Shown one piece after another: positions 63,718 to 64,000 of a DNA stretch of 64,000 nucleotides. The notes beneath the pieces were generated by a model. The model was not told where the DNA came from, ran no database searches, and worked only from the letters and a program-made list of their open reading frames with translations. The stretch spans positions 608,001 through 672,000 of the forward strand of contig CAWCPV010000004.1 in assembly GCA_963797555.1 (NCBI GenBank), written 5' to 3'. The position numbers were made by a program, and so were the translations under genes. Each line of letters opens with the position of its first letter. Positions within the stretch are counted from its first letter, which is position 1. The stretch is from an uncultured Gammaproteobacteria bacterium. Lineage in GTDB: Bacteria > Pseudomonadota > Gammaproteobacteria > CAWCPV01.

Positions 63718-64000
63718 GTGCGAGCCAATATCCCTCCCTCACCTGGATTTCCAGCGGCCGCACCAGCGTTGGATGCCTTCGGCCTCAAGTTCTCTTCCGG
63801 GGGCGCCCACATCAGCCGGACCATGATGTTGGCAGGAACTCGGCGCGGTGCTGGCCGGCGTTCCGCGGCTCCGGTGCTGCCGATTACCGCGAGGCCATTC
63901 TTCAGCGGAACGTGCTGGGCAAGACCACGGACAGCACCCGGCAGAAATCGCTGCGCCACTTGCGCGAGCTGTATGCGCTCAACGAAGCCACCCCCATTTT
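63718..64000 (+). pseudogene. BrxA-like protein start (BREX), two frameshifts, runs off window
   Basis: FGLKFSSGGAHISRTMML..DYREAILQRNVLGKTTDSTRQKSLRHLRELYAL; family call is from memory of BREX first genes. Confidence 0.55.

Overview
GC-rich bacterial chromosome window, probably a gammaproteobacterium (cpxPRA, yoaA-tsaB, yggX). Housekeeping and accessory blocks are cpx, tsaB/yoaA, two c-type cytochromes, a heme-c diguanylate cyclase, yggX/HesB/ATP-grasp/radical SAM, VWA-DnaJ, hypABFCDEX, an NhaD-type permease, cstA, a cold-shock gene, a patatin-like gene, a GH100-like hydrolase and an SPFH pair. These surround a ~14-kb lower-GC decayed integron (32.3-46.3 kb). The integron keeps a LexA box, attI and about 6 cassettes, mostly nuclease/defence-like, but intI is cut after ~15 codons. 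It is invaded by an IS66 carrying DUF4338, an intact group IIC-attC intron, four HUH/Y1 (RAYT-like) elements bounded by GGG(G)YCAG terminal inverted repeats, and two fragments of a second group II intron that both sit next to the AATGG of a Y1-element end. A ~170-230-bp MITE family occurs four times and carries CsrA/RsmA-like hairpins. Both window edges run into probable defence loci: a >785-aa ORF at left and a brxA-like gene at right. All calls come from reading motifs by eye; no database searches were run.
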